Source: Clostridia bacterium
GTDB taxonomy: Bacteria; Acidobacteriota; Terriglobia; Terriglobales; Acidobacteriaceae
DNA length: 64,000 nt
Direction of reading: 5' to 3'
Assembly (NCBI GenBank): GCA_035561135.1
Contig: DATMYA010000023.1
Span: forward strand, 75,886 to 139,885
Shown: positions 19,147-27,418 of the stretch, in pieces
How positions within the stretch are numbered: position 1 is the stretch's first letter
How the letters are laid out: every line of letters starts with the position of its first letter
The notes under the pieces: model-generated
Told to the model about the DNA's origin: nothing
The model's database searches: none
What the model saw: only the letters and a program-made list of their open reading frames with translations
Made by a program: the position numbers and the translations under genes

Positions 19147-19177
19147 GGGGAGTCCAACTCTGGACTCCCCAATTTTT
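19147..19177 (+). terminator. orphan intrinsic-terminator-like hairpin (plus-strand polarity)
   Basis: GGGGAGTCCA-actc-TGGACTCCCC (10-bp perfect stem) followed by AATTTTT. Both flanking genes are on the minus strand. Confidence 0.5.
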
Positions 19178-19381
19178 CTGGCCACACCGGAGATCATTCC
19201 AACCGCATCGACTGCCGATCCCCTGCTTATCCTCACCCAACCAACTCGCTCGAACAAGCCTTCTCTTCGATGATGGCCGATGATGCAGGGAGAAAGCGCG
19301 ATCCGCCGATTCCTGCCAGGAACGGCGTTGGGGTCAAAACAGTCTGTTCAATCGAGGATTCTGTCACGTGCAAAAAGCGGG

Positions 19382-19468
19382 GTTATCCTGAGCGAAGCGA
19401 AGAATCTGCTGTTCATAACAAAGCAGATACGGAGGTCGCGCAAAAGCAGCGGTGACCTCAGGATGATC
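19382..19468. repeat. MITE/REP-like palindromic element, copy 1
   Basis: GTTATCCTGAGCGAAGCGAAGAATCTGCTG ... CAGCGGTGACCTCAGGATGATC. The terminal inverted repeats are TYATCCTGAG. There is an internal ATCTGCT/AGCAGAT stem. It is the reverse-oriented homologue of 40671-40766. Confidence 0.6.
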
Positions 19469-19491
19469 CCAATATAGTCTTCAGGAACCTG

Positions 19492-20829
19492 TTAAGCGGA
19501 GTAAACGCGCGCTTTGTTGACCTTGTGCAGCAGCATCGACGCATAGTGATCTACGTCGCTCGGTCCAAGATCGCAGCGCATCTGCAGGTCCAGAAATGGC
19601 TCCTTATCGGAGCTTCTGGGTGCCCACTTTCCGAGCAGTTGCGGATTGCTGTTGGCGACCGTGTCACGACGCACCTGTATCAGGAGACCCTGCACGGCGT
19701 TCGCATCGAACTTGGTTGGTGTGAGTTTTACGATTTCGTTCAGCGCTTCGCCGACAGTCATTGGCTGCCGGTACGGGCGCTCGCTCGTCATGGCGTCGAA
19801 ACTATCGGCCACGGCGATAAGGCGTGCCGCTTCCGGAATGTCATCCTGATGCAGCTTGTCCGGGTATCCGGTGCCGTCGCTGCGCTCGTGGTGCCACCGC
19901 ACGACATCGGGGATCTTGGGCCAGGGGAAGTGCACACCTTGCACGATCTCGTGTCCAAGCACGGTATGGTCCGCCATCTCCCGGAATTCCTGCGGGTCGA
20001 GTGCCGTGGTTTTGCCGAATAGATACTTGTCCACCGCGACCTTGCCGATGTCGTGCAGGTATCCGGCTGCACGCACTCCAGCGGCTTCGCTGGCTTCAGA
20101 TCCCATGGCCTCGGCGATTCCGGCAGCGTAGCGGCCTACGCGGAGCGAGTGTCCGTGAATATTTACGTGCTTGAAATCGATGGCGGCGGCGAAGGCTTCC
20201 AGCGTCGTGTCGTAGAAGTTATGCACGGTCGCCATCAGCTTCAGGTTCTCGGTCACGCGCTGCGCCAGCGTCTCGGTCAGCGTGTTGTTGTGAACGGCGA
20301 CGGAAATGTAATGCGAGAGCAGGCCTACGGTCTCCAGCTCTTCGCTTTCGTACGGTGCACCGTCTGCGCGCTGTCCGAGGGCGATCATGCCCACGAGCTT
20401 GCCGCCGACGAGCAACGGCGCCAGGCACTTCAATAGTTCCGGCGCAACGTTCCCGTTCGAACTGAGGAACTCGGCCGACATATCCGAAGAAAGCTGCCGG
20501 GGGCCAGACACCTTACACAGTGCGTGGACGTGCTTCGGCAGCAACGGAATAACTGCTGGGTGAGGGAAGGAGGCGAACCCGCGAGCCGCGATGGAGGCCA
20601 TCATTGCCGGCTTGTCGGTAAAACGAAAGAGTGCGCCTTCGCGTGCATCGAGCGCGTCCATGAGAGAAGCAAGCATCAGCGGCGCGGTTTCGCTGAAATC
20701 GCGTTCCGCCGTGATAGCAGGTCCCAGGTCGCTCAACGCTTCGAACGTGAGAAGGAGACGCCGAATATTGTTCTTCATCACTGCCACGGGGTGGTAGTGA
20801 GAACCTACAGAGCAAAACGAGAGTACCAC
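19492..20829 (-). CDS. HD-GYP domain protein (putative c-di-GMP phosphodiesterase) with a GAF-like N-terminal sensor region
   Basis: HSLRVGRYAAGIAEAMG, YLHDIGKVAV and HHERSDGTGYPDKL are HD-GYP signatures. The start is uncertain (GTG at 20829 or ATG at 20778). Confidence 0.85.
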   Translation of the reverse strand: MVLSFCSVGSHYHPVAVMKNNIRRLLLTFEALSDLGPAITAERDFSETAPLMLASLMDALDAREGALFRFTDKPAMMASIAARGFASFPHPAVIPLLPKHVHALCKVSGPRQLSSDMSAEFLSSNGNVAPELLKCLAPLLVGGKLVGMIALGQRADGAPYESEELETVGLLSHYISVAVHNNTLTETLAQRVTENLKLMATVHNFYDTTLEAFAAAIDFKHVNIHGHSLRVGRYAAGIAEAMGSEASEAAGVRAAGYLHDIGKVAVDKYLFGKTTALDPQEFREMADHTVLGHEIVQGVHFPWPKIPDVVRWHHERSDGTGYPDKLHQDDIPEAARLIAVADSFDAMTSERPYRQPMTVGEALNEIVKLTPTKFDANAVQGLLIQVRRDTVANSNPQLLGKWAPRSSDKEPFLDLQMRCDLGPSDVDHYASMLLHKVNKARVYSA

Positions 20830-20901
20830 GCGTGCCCTGCTTTCGGGGCATGGCCGCTAGTTCCTAAGTAGATGCTGGGGTCAGTACCTTCCCAGTGCCC
20901 C

Positions 20902-21612
20902 TCAGAAAAAATTCTGAAGCTCGCGGAACTTCTCCACTCTCAGCAGCACGCGGTCGCCGGCCGCTTCTGCTACGTCTTCGTGTTCCAGAATCCAGGTATT
21001 GTCGTGGGGGACAAACACGGCGTTGAGCCCCGCGGCAATCGCAGGATTGATATCCGATCTCGGGCTGTTGCCGACCATCCACGTGGTATCACGCGCCAAA
21101 TCGTATTTCTCCACGATCGAGCAATAAGTAGCCGCGTCCTTCTCGGCTACAATCTCCACCGCTGCGAAATGTTCCTTCAGCCCGGAACGATCGAGCTTTC
21201 CGCTCTGCTCGGTGACATTGCCCTTCGTCATCACAATCAGGTGATGGCGGGGCTGGAGGTACGCGAGCGTCTCTTGTACGCCGGCGATGATTTCGACCGG
21301 ATGCTCTGCAATGGCGTGCGCAAAGCCGTGGATGCTCTCGTGCAGCGCTGGCGTGATCGGCTCGACCGACAGCTTCTCAAAGGTCTCCACCAGTGCATGT
21401 GCGAAGGAGTGCAGGCCGTAACCGTGCTTCAGGATGTTGCCGCGCTCCACCTCGTTCAGCACCTCGCGCACCTGCAGTGGCGTGAGTTCCTTGTGCTGAA
21501 GGAACGAGATGAAGTGCGCGATGGCGCGCTCGAAATAAATATTGTTCTCCCACAGCGTGTCATCGGCGTCGATGAGCAGCGTCTGAGGCGTGCGATTCCA
21601 TGTAGTCTTCAT
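20902..21612 (-). CDS. HAD-superfamily hydrolase
   Basis: MKTTWNRTPQTLLIDADDTLWENN carries the DxDxT motif I. LIVMTKG and GNSPRSDI are motifs III/IV. The track start at 21882 adds 90 low-quality residues. Confidence 0.8.
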   Translation of the reverse strand: MKTTWNRTPQTLLIDADDTLWENNIYFERAIAHFISFLQHKELTPLQVREVLNEVERGNILKHGYGLHSFAHALVETFEKLSVEPITPALHESIHGFAHAIAEHPVEIIAGVQETLAYLQPRHHLIVMTKGNVTEQSGKLDRSGLKEHFAAVEIVAEKDAATYCSIVEKYDLARDTTWMVGNSPRSDINPAIAAGLNAVFVPHDNTWILEHEDVAEAAGDRVLLRVEKFRELQNFF

Positions 21613-21723
21613 TCGACTCCAGAATACAGAATGACGGCGCGAACTCGAATAGCCGGATTGTGAAAACCTGCATGGCGTTCTCCAATGTACAATTTTGCTT
21701 TCCGAACCAGTTCTTCCTTTGCT

Positions 21724-23493
21724 ATGAAACGAATCGCAGTCGCGCTCGCCATCGTTGCAGTCATTGCTTCTTTCTCGACCACCTCCTCTGCCCAGCGAAA
21801 GCAAGGCCGTGCACGAAAGTATCCCATCGGCGGATCGTACCCTAGCGGCGCCAAGTTGAAAGTGGCGCGGGATCTCGATCAACGGCTGGCCAGGTTCAAA
21901 CCGGTCACGATGCCTTTCAATGAAAAGGCACTCTCGGCAAAAGAGGGCCGCTTGGTCCGCAAACTCGTGGAAGCAGCGCGCTACCTCGACTACATCTTCT
22001 GGCGCCAGAACGATCCGGAAGCGTTGACGCTTTATCAGCAGTTAGTAGGGGGCAAGGACCCGCGTGATCGCAAGCTGCAGCGAATGTTGTTCATCAACGC
22101 CAGCCGATTCGATTTCATCGATGGGAACAAGCCTTTCGTTGGCACCAGTCCCATGCCTCCCGGACGCGGCTTGTATCCACACGGAGTCACGCGAGAGCAG
22201 ATCGAGAAGTACGTCCAGGAGCACCCGGAAAAAAAAGCTGAAATCTACAGTTCTTACACCGTGCTACGCCGGAACGGGGATAACCTGGAGGGCTTGCGGT
22301 ACCACATTGCGTACCGCGCCTTCCTGCAACCGGCGGCGAAGGCGCTGCGTGAAGCCGCCGCGCTCAGTGAAGACAAAGCGTTCGCGGAGTTCCTGCACAA
22401 GCGCGCCGACGCGCTGCTCACCGACGACTACTTCCCTAGCGATCTGCTGTGGCTGGACTTGCAGAATCCCAAGTTCGACATCATCTTCGCTCCTTACGAG
22501 AGCTATATCGACGAAGTGCTCGGCACGAAGACCTCTTACGGTGCCGCCGTCCTCATACGCAATGAGGCTGAGAGCAAGAAACTCGCTGTGTTTCAGAAGT
22601 ACGTTCCGGAGATTCAGGAGTCTCTCCCGCTTGCGGCTGAGGACAAGCCCTCCAAGCGCGGGCAGACTTCGCCGATGGAAGTGATGGATGTCCCCTACTG
22701 GTCGGGAGACTTTCTGCACGGCTACCAGGCCGTTGCCGACAATCTGCCGAACGATCCGCGCATTCACCAGCAGAAGGGGACAAAGAAGATTTTCTTCAGG
22801 AACTTCATGGATGCACGCGTGAACGACATCATCATGCCGCTGGCGCGACGGCTGATGCGTCCCGACCAGGCGGCGCGCGCCTCGGCAGACGGCTATCTCA
22901 CGATCGTGATGATGCACGAGATTTCGCATGGGATCGGGCCGGTGTTCTCGCGCACGCCGGCCGGCAAGCAGGAAATACGCGAGGCTGTCGGGCCTGTCTA
23001 TAGCGCCTTGGAAGAGGCGAAAGCCGACGTAGTGGGCATGGTGGGCACCAGGTGGCTCGTTGACCACGGCTATCTGCCGCAAACCCGCATGGAGGAGTAT
23101 TACGCCTCCTACGTCGCCGGCATCTTCCGCACGGTGCGCTTTGGTACGGCCGAAGCTCACGGGCACGCCGAAATGATGGAGTTTAACTACCTGCTTGAGC
23201 AAGGCGCTATCCGCCTTGAGCCCGCTTCTACGCCCGCTCGCGCCGGTTCTAAGGGCAAACGCACAGCCGCTCCGGCCCGCTATGTCATCGACTTCACCAG
23301 GATGCCCACGGCGCTTGCCTCGCTCGCCAAAGAACTCCTGGAGACCGAGGCCACCGGCGATCGCGAAAGAGCAGAGAGATGGTTTGCAAAGTACGATAAG
23401 ATGCCAGCCGAACTTCGCACCGCCCTCCAGGCGGTTCGCGATGTCCCGGTGGACATGTACCCCGTCTTCTCGTTCCCGGAAATCGTGCAGTAG
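21724..23493 (+). CDS. secreted zinc metallopeptidase, dipeptidyl-peptidase III (M49)-like
   Basis: Signal peptide MKRIAVALAIVAVIASFSTTSSAQ. HEISHGIGP plus downstream EEAKADVVG resemble the M49 HExxxH / EExxAE zinc motifs. Confidence 0.7.
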   Translation: MKRIAVALAIVAVIASFSTTSSAQRKQGRARKYPIGGSYPSGAKLKVARDLDQRLARFKPVTMPFNEKALSAKEGRLVRKLVEAARYLDYIFWRQNDPEALTLYQQLVGGKDPRDRKLQRMLFINASRFDFIDGNKPFVGTSPMPPGRGLYPHGVTREQIEKYVQEHPEKKAEIYSSYTVLRRNGDNLEGLRYHIAYRAFLQPAAKALREAAALSEDKAFAEFLHKRADALLTDDYFPSDLLWLDLQNPKFDIIFAPYESYIDEVLGTKTSYGAAVLIRNEAESKKLAVFQKYVPEIQESLPLAAEDKPSKRGQTSPMEVMDVPYWSGDFLHGYQAVADNLPNDPRIHQQKGTKKIFFRNFMDARVNDIIMPLARRLMRPDQAARASADGYLTIVMMHEISHGIGPVFSRTPAGKQEIREAVGPVYSALEEAKADVVGMVGTRWLVDHGYLPQTRMEEYYASYVAGIFRTVRFGTAEAHGHAEMMEFNYLLEQGAIRLEPASTPARAGSKGKRTAAPARYVIDFTRMPTALASLAKELLETEATGDRERAERWFAKYDKMPAELRTALQAVRDVPVDMYPVFSFPEIVQ

Positions 23494-23504
23494 AGGAGCA
23501 GCCA

Positions 23505-23840
23505 ATGTCTGAGGTTGATCGCCGCAAGTTTGAACGCGTCACACTGCCGGAGTCCGCCAAGGTCTTCGCCGAGGATGAACGCGGAAACTCCTTGGGCCCG
23601 GTGCGCATACTAGGTCGTGGCGGCATGCTCGTGGATACGCGCGCTGCCCTTGCCTCCGGTTCGCACGGCGCCTTCTACATCGTCGATGATTCGGAGGCCA
23701 TACGCCGCGAGGTGCATGCCGTCGTGCGCTACGTGGTATCGGACGGAATCGGCCTTGAGTTCGAAGATTTGGATCCTGACGCAGCCGTCGAGATCGGCGT
23801 CATCATCGGCAAGCATTACTCTGCCGCGCACGCTCGATAG
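23505..23840 (+). CDS. stand-alone PilZ-domain protein
   Basis: 111 aa. RRKFER (RxxxR) followed by ILGRGGMLVD (D/NxSxxG-like). GAGGAG lies upstream of the ATG, 11 nt after the peptidase stop. Confidence 0.75.
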   Translation: MSEVDRRKFERVTLPESAKVFAEDERGNSLGPVRILGRGGMLVDTRAALASGSHGAFYIVDDSEAIRREVHAVVRYVVSDGIGLEFEDLDPDAAVEIGVIIGKHYSAAHAR

Positions 23841-23864
23841 TTCGTCCGCGGAGACCGAAACGAC

Positions 23865-23893
23865 AAAGCCGTCCCTGCGGGGGCGGCTTTTTT
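23865..23893 (+). terminator. intrinsic terminator
   Basis: AAAGCCGTCCC-tgcg-GGGGCGGCTTT (11-bp stem with one G-U pair) followed by TTT. Confidence 0.75.
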
Positions 23894-23944
23894 CTGGCAC
23901 TGACCGGACTCAAACACGCAGAGAAGACTCTGCCGAATTCACCT

Positions 23945-24676
23945 TTAAAAGTTAACGATCACGAACTTGGCGGCACCTTTGTCGCCGTTCGTGAGTTTAC
24001 TGGCGGCACCAGCCTTCAGGATGGCCAGTTCATCTTTGTTCAAAGAGATTGTGCTGCCAGTTTCGGTTTCGAGCTTTAGGTCGCTAAGTGCAATCAAGAC
24101 GTGGTCTGCCCCAATTAACTCAAAGCTGTCGCCAGACGCCAATTGTGTTCGAGTGGCGGAAAGCGCACCTCGGGTGAGCGACGTGGACCATGTGGGCTTA
24201 ACCGACGTCAGGTCTGAACCAAACTCGTCAGTGTCGTAGCTTCCATACTGCGAGTTGAACGGCACAGGCAAGAGCGTTTCGACCATAACCTCTCGGTGAG
24301 CAATTGAGGTGTCGTTGCGAATGGCGTGCTGCTGCACACGTCTGTAATGAAACCGGGCTTCGCCGGAAGTCCAGTCATGACTGAGGTCCCCCTGCCCCTC
24401 AAAGAGGGTCGTGGTTCGACTTGCAGTCGTCACAATCGAGAGATACGGTGCCTTATTGCAATGAGGTTTCGTGCTTTCCAAACGGCCAAGTTCCAGAGCC
24501 AATACGCGAACGCGATTGTTTTCAACGATGACGCTGTAATGGGAGTCCTCAGACGCATCTCGACATTTGGATTGCGCCTGCAATGCATCTGGTACTGCGA
24601 GCGCACACAGGAGCGTGAGTACGGACACAACTTGTGCTCGGCATCTCATGCCGTGCATTGTAGACAGGTTGTGCAT
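23945..24676 (-). CDS. hypothetical secreted protein (possibly cupin-like beta fold)
   Basis: Signal peptide (MHGMRCRAQVVSVLTLLCALAVPDALQA). The start was moved to 24676/24649 because the track start at 24838 would overlap the upstream gene. Local GC is about 50% by hand count. No family recognised. Confidence 0.55.
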   Translation of the reverse strand: MHNLSTMHGMRCRAQVVSVLTLLCALAVPDALQAQSKCRDASEDSHYSVIVENNRVRVLALELGRLESTKPHCNKAPYLSIVTTASRTTTLFEGQGDLSHDWTSGEARFHYRRVQQHAIRNDTSIAHREVMVETLLPVPFNSQYGSYDTDEFGSDLTSVKPTWSTSLTRGALSATRTQLASGDSFELIGADHVLIALSDLKLETETGSTISLNKDELAILKAGAASKLTNGDKGAAKFVIVNF

Positions 24677-24765
24677 ATTCAGGGTGATTACTTCGGAGAT
24701 GGCACGGGTGACCGTGTTCCAATCCTGGTTTGCCACACCCGGTCGGGGCGCGGAATCAGAGTCTT

Positions 24766-25359
24766 CTACTTCGACAGGTACTTCTCTGGGATCGGATTGT
24801 CGGGACGTTCCTCGTCCCACATCACCGTAACTACCCACCAGCGAGTTCCGTCGGTCAGCAATTGAATGCTGTTGATGCCGCGCGCAAACGGCTTTCCGTT
24901 CTTTTCGTGGCGTGACTCGTAGGTGCCGAACACGTGGGCTATGGTGCCGAAGCTGTCGATCTTGTTTGCTATGCCGGTTTCGAAGAAACCTTCCTTCTCC
25001 AGGTACGGTCCGCTGCGCTCGACGTACTCTTTCGGAGTGAACACCCTGTGGACGAAGGTTCCGTTCGGACGCTTACTGCTGAATGCCATGTGCGCTTCTG
25101 GCAGGAAAAGCGAGTGGAATCGGTTCCAGTCGCGCGGCCCCGGCGTGCCTGAGATCACGTCATACAGAGCCGCTATGATTGCCTCGATGGACTTCACGTC
25201 CTCGGGACGCGCTGGCGGCTTAGCGGCCATCGCTGGCGGCTGGGTCTGAGGTTGGACCTGCGGCTTCGGACTTGGTTGAGCGTCTGGTTGCTGTGCTGCT
25301 GCGGCCAGGGTGAGTACAAATACTAAGGCCACCAGCGTGGCCAGTATTCGCCGCTTCAT
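24766..25359 (-). CDS. secreted NTF2-like (SnoaL/DUF4440-like) protein with a Pro/Gln-rich linker
   Basis: Signal peptide MKRRILATLVALVFVLTLAAAA. The linker is QPDAQPSPKPQVQPQTQPP. The rest reads IEAIIAALYDVISG...RWWVVTVMWDEE. GGAGAA lies upstream of the ATG at 25359. Confidence 0.6.
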   Translation of the reverse strand: MKRRILATLVALVFVLTLAAAAQQPDAQPSPKPQVQPQTQPPAMAAKPPARPEDVKSIEAIIAALYDVISGTPGPRDWNRFHSLFLPEAHMAFSSKRPNGTFVHRVFTPKEYVERSGPYLEKEGFFETGIANKIDSFGTIAHVFGTYESRHEKNGKPFARGINSIQLLTDGTRWWVVTVMWDEERPDNPIPEKYLSK

Positions 25360-25424
25360 GGGGTTCTCCATTGGCGTATCTGCCCTACAGGCCGCTGCCC
25401 GGTGGCCTTCGATTTTCTGGACGC

Positions 25425-26324
25425 TTATCGCGTCCCTTTGGAAGCGCTGCTGGATGCCTGCATATTTTCCGGGACATCCACCCAGTCCATCTTCGGTTCC
25501 AGTGGAATGATGCCTTTTTCGTGGCCCATGTTCAGTAGAAGGCCGACCGCTTCGCGTCCGTCCGCACCGTAATCCAGCGTGCGCTCGTTCACGTACATGC
25601 CGACAAACTTGTCGGCCGACTGCGTGTCGAGGTCACGAGCGAACTGCATTGCGTACTGCAACGCTTCTTCACGGTTGTCCAGCGCGTACTGGATGCTGTC
25701 GCGCAGGGCAATGCAGACCTTCTGCATAACGTCAGTCCCAAGCTCGCGCTTGATGGCGTTGCCGCCCAGCGGCAGTGGCAAGCCCGTGAGCTCGCGCCAC
25801 CACTTACCCATGTCGAGGATGCGGTTCAGTCCGCTCTTGGCGTACGTGAGCTGCCCTTCGTGGATGATCAACCCAGCTTCGTAACGGCCTTCCAGCACCT
25901 GCGGAATGATCTGGTCGAAGGGAACGACTTCCGTCTGCACTTCCGGCGCAAAAAGCTTCAGCGCGAGATATGCGGTTGTCAGCTTGCCCGGCACGGCAAT
26001 TTTGACGTCCTTGATCTCATCAACCGTGAAGTTCTTGCTCGACACGATCATCGGACCGTAGCCGTCGCCGACGCTGCCGCCGCTCGGCATCATTGCGTAC
26101 CTGTCTTGCAGATACGGATACGAATGGAACGAAATAGCTGTGACGTCGTAGTACGCTTCGTCAATCGCCTTCTGGTTCAGCGTCTCGATGTCGCACAGCG
26201 TGTGCGTGAACTTGAAGCCAGGCACACGAACCTTATTCGTCGCCAGACCATAGAACATGAACGCATCATCCGAATCCGGACTGTGCGCAACTTTGATTTC
26301 TTTCACTGACTTACTGCTACTCAT
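25425..26324 (-). CDS. mqnD: MqnA/MqnD/SBP-family protein, probably 1,4-dihydroxy-6-naphthoate synthase (futalosine pathway)
   Basis: KVAHSPDSDDAFMFYGLA resembles the MqnD N-terminal SPCPNDTFxF pattern. It is a periplasmic-binding-protein-like fold paralogous to the mqnA at 34061-34882. Confidence 0.6.
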   Translation of the reverse strand: MSSSKSVKEIKVAHSPDSDDAFMFYGLATNKVRVPGFKFTHTLCDIETLNQKAIDEAYYDVTAISFHSYPYLQDRYAMMPSGGSVGDGYGPMIVSSKNFTVDEIKDVKIAVPGKLTTAYLALKLFAPEVQTEVVPFDQIIPQVLEGRYEAGLIIHEGQLTYAKSGLNRILDMGKWWRELTGLPLPLGGNAIKRELGTDVMQKVCIALRDSIQYALDNREEALQYAMQFARDLDTQSADKFVGMYVNERTLDYGADGREAVGLLLNMGHEKGIIPLEPKMDWVDVPENMQASSSASKGTR

Positions 26325-26413
26325 AGGTCCTTTAGGTCTGAGCGACCAGGAGGCGGTAACTCCAGCTTACAGTCGATCGGTGCTCCGGGGATTTGCCGCG
26401 ATTACAAAATTGA

Positions 26414-26447
26414 AAGAGCAGCCGGCGCATAGCAACCGGCTGCTCTG
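26414..26447 (-). terminator. intrinsic terminator after bioY
   Basis: AGAGCAGCCGG-n12-CCGGCTGCTCT. On the minus strand it is followed by TTCAATTTT. Confidence 0.7.
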
Positions 26448-26460
26448 ATTTTCGCACGTT

Positions 26461-27030
26461 TTACTTCGACCGTGTATTGAACTTCATCGCCAGCCCGGCG
26501 GCCGACGTTACCTTCATGATTTCGCCGAAGATGAATGGGTACAGGCCAAAACCCACAGCGACCGGTGCCGGCGTCCCGGTCAGAATCATCAGCCAGCTCA
26601 CCCCAGCCGCAAACAGTACAAGTTCAGCCGCACAAGCAGCCAACAGCTTGCCGCTGAAAGACTTGCGGCCGTGCTCCGCGACCCAGCCGGCCACAAATGC
26701 CGCCACGGGATAACCGATAAGATATCCGCCGGTTGGACCGAGCAACTGCGCCAGCCCGCCCGGACCCGCCGGACTGAATACCGGCATGCCTGCGGCACCC
26801 TGCGCCAGATACAGCGCCGCGGCTGCAAAGCCGCGCTTGCTGCCCAGCAACAGGCCCACCGCGAGAACAGCGAAGTTCGCCAGCGTCAAAGGTACCGGCG
26901 TAAAAGGAAGGGGCACGCTGATGCGCGCGCAGATCGCAATCGCAAGGCTCGCGCCAACAACGATTGCAGTTTGCTTTGTCAGGACCAGCGAGCGGTCCGC
27001 AAGATTGCCGTAAGTCGCAGCTTTCGCCAT
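26461..27030 (-). CDS. bioY: biotin transporter BioY
   Basis: 189 aa with six hydrophobic helices and BioY-like segments (ISVPLPFTPVPLTLANFAVLAVGLLLG, GPTGGYLIGYPVAAFVAG). Confidence 0.85.
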   Translation of the reverse strand: MAKAATYGNLADRSLVLTKQTAIVVGASLAIAICARISVPLPFTPVPLTLANFAVLAVGLLLGSKRGFAAAALYLAQGAAGMPVFSPAGPGGLAQLLGPTGGYLIGYPVAAFVAGWVAEHGRKSFSGKLLAACAAELVLFAAGVSWLMILTGTPAPVAVGFGLYPFIFGEIMKVTSAAGLAMKFNTRSK

Positions 27031-27418
27031 TTACAACTTCCTGGTAGTAGATTTCCGAACGACTCGTCTAACACTGCCGCGGGGCCGCCGTTTACGACGC
27101 TGGCGTCTTCGGTCCCCGTGTCAGGTGATCATGCCTGTGCTGATGGTGCCCATCGACTGGGTTCGACAAATGGCGTTTCACCCGAACATAGAAGGCGATT
27201 GCCACACCGGCCAGAGCCAACGTGCACAGTACCAATATTACAAATAGCACTTTAATGATCACAGGTGTCTAGCATACCAAATCCCAGGCAAAACCCAATG
27301 TGCGTTATGCCTGCCAAAGTGCGTTCTCGCGTCACGAGCCTTCGTGACCAACAACTTAACCGTCCATCTGACGCGCTCATCCGAGGTTCCGTCATTTCAA
27401 CGAGGAGGTGCACGGACT

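Noticed and set aside
19073-19240. The N-terminal 56-codon extension of the alpha/beta hydrolase ORF as given in the ORF track (TTG at 19240).
   Set aside because: GC3 is about 54% against 80% or more in real genes here. It contains the 10-bp hairpin. The family-typical sequence begins after the ATG at 19072.
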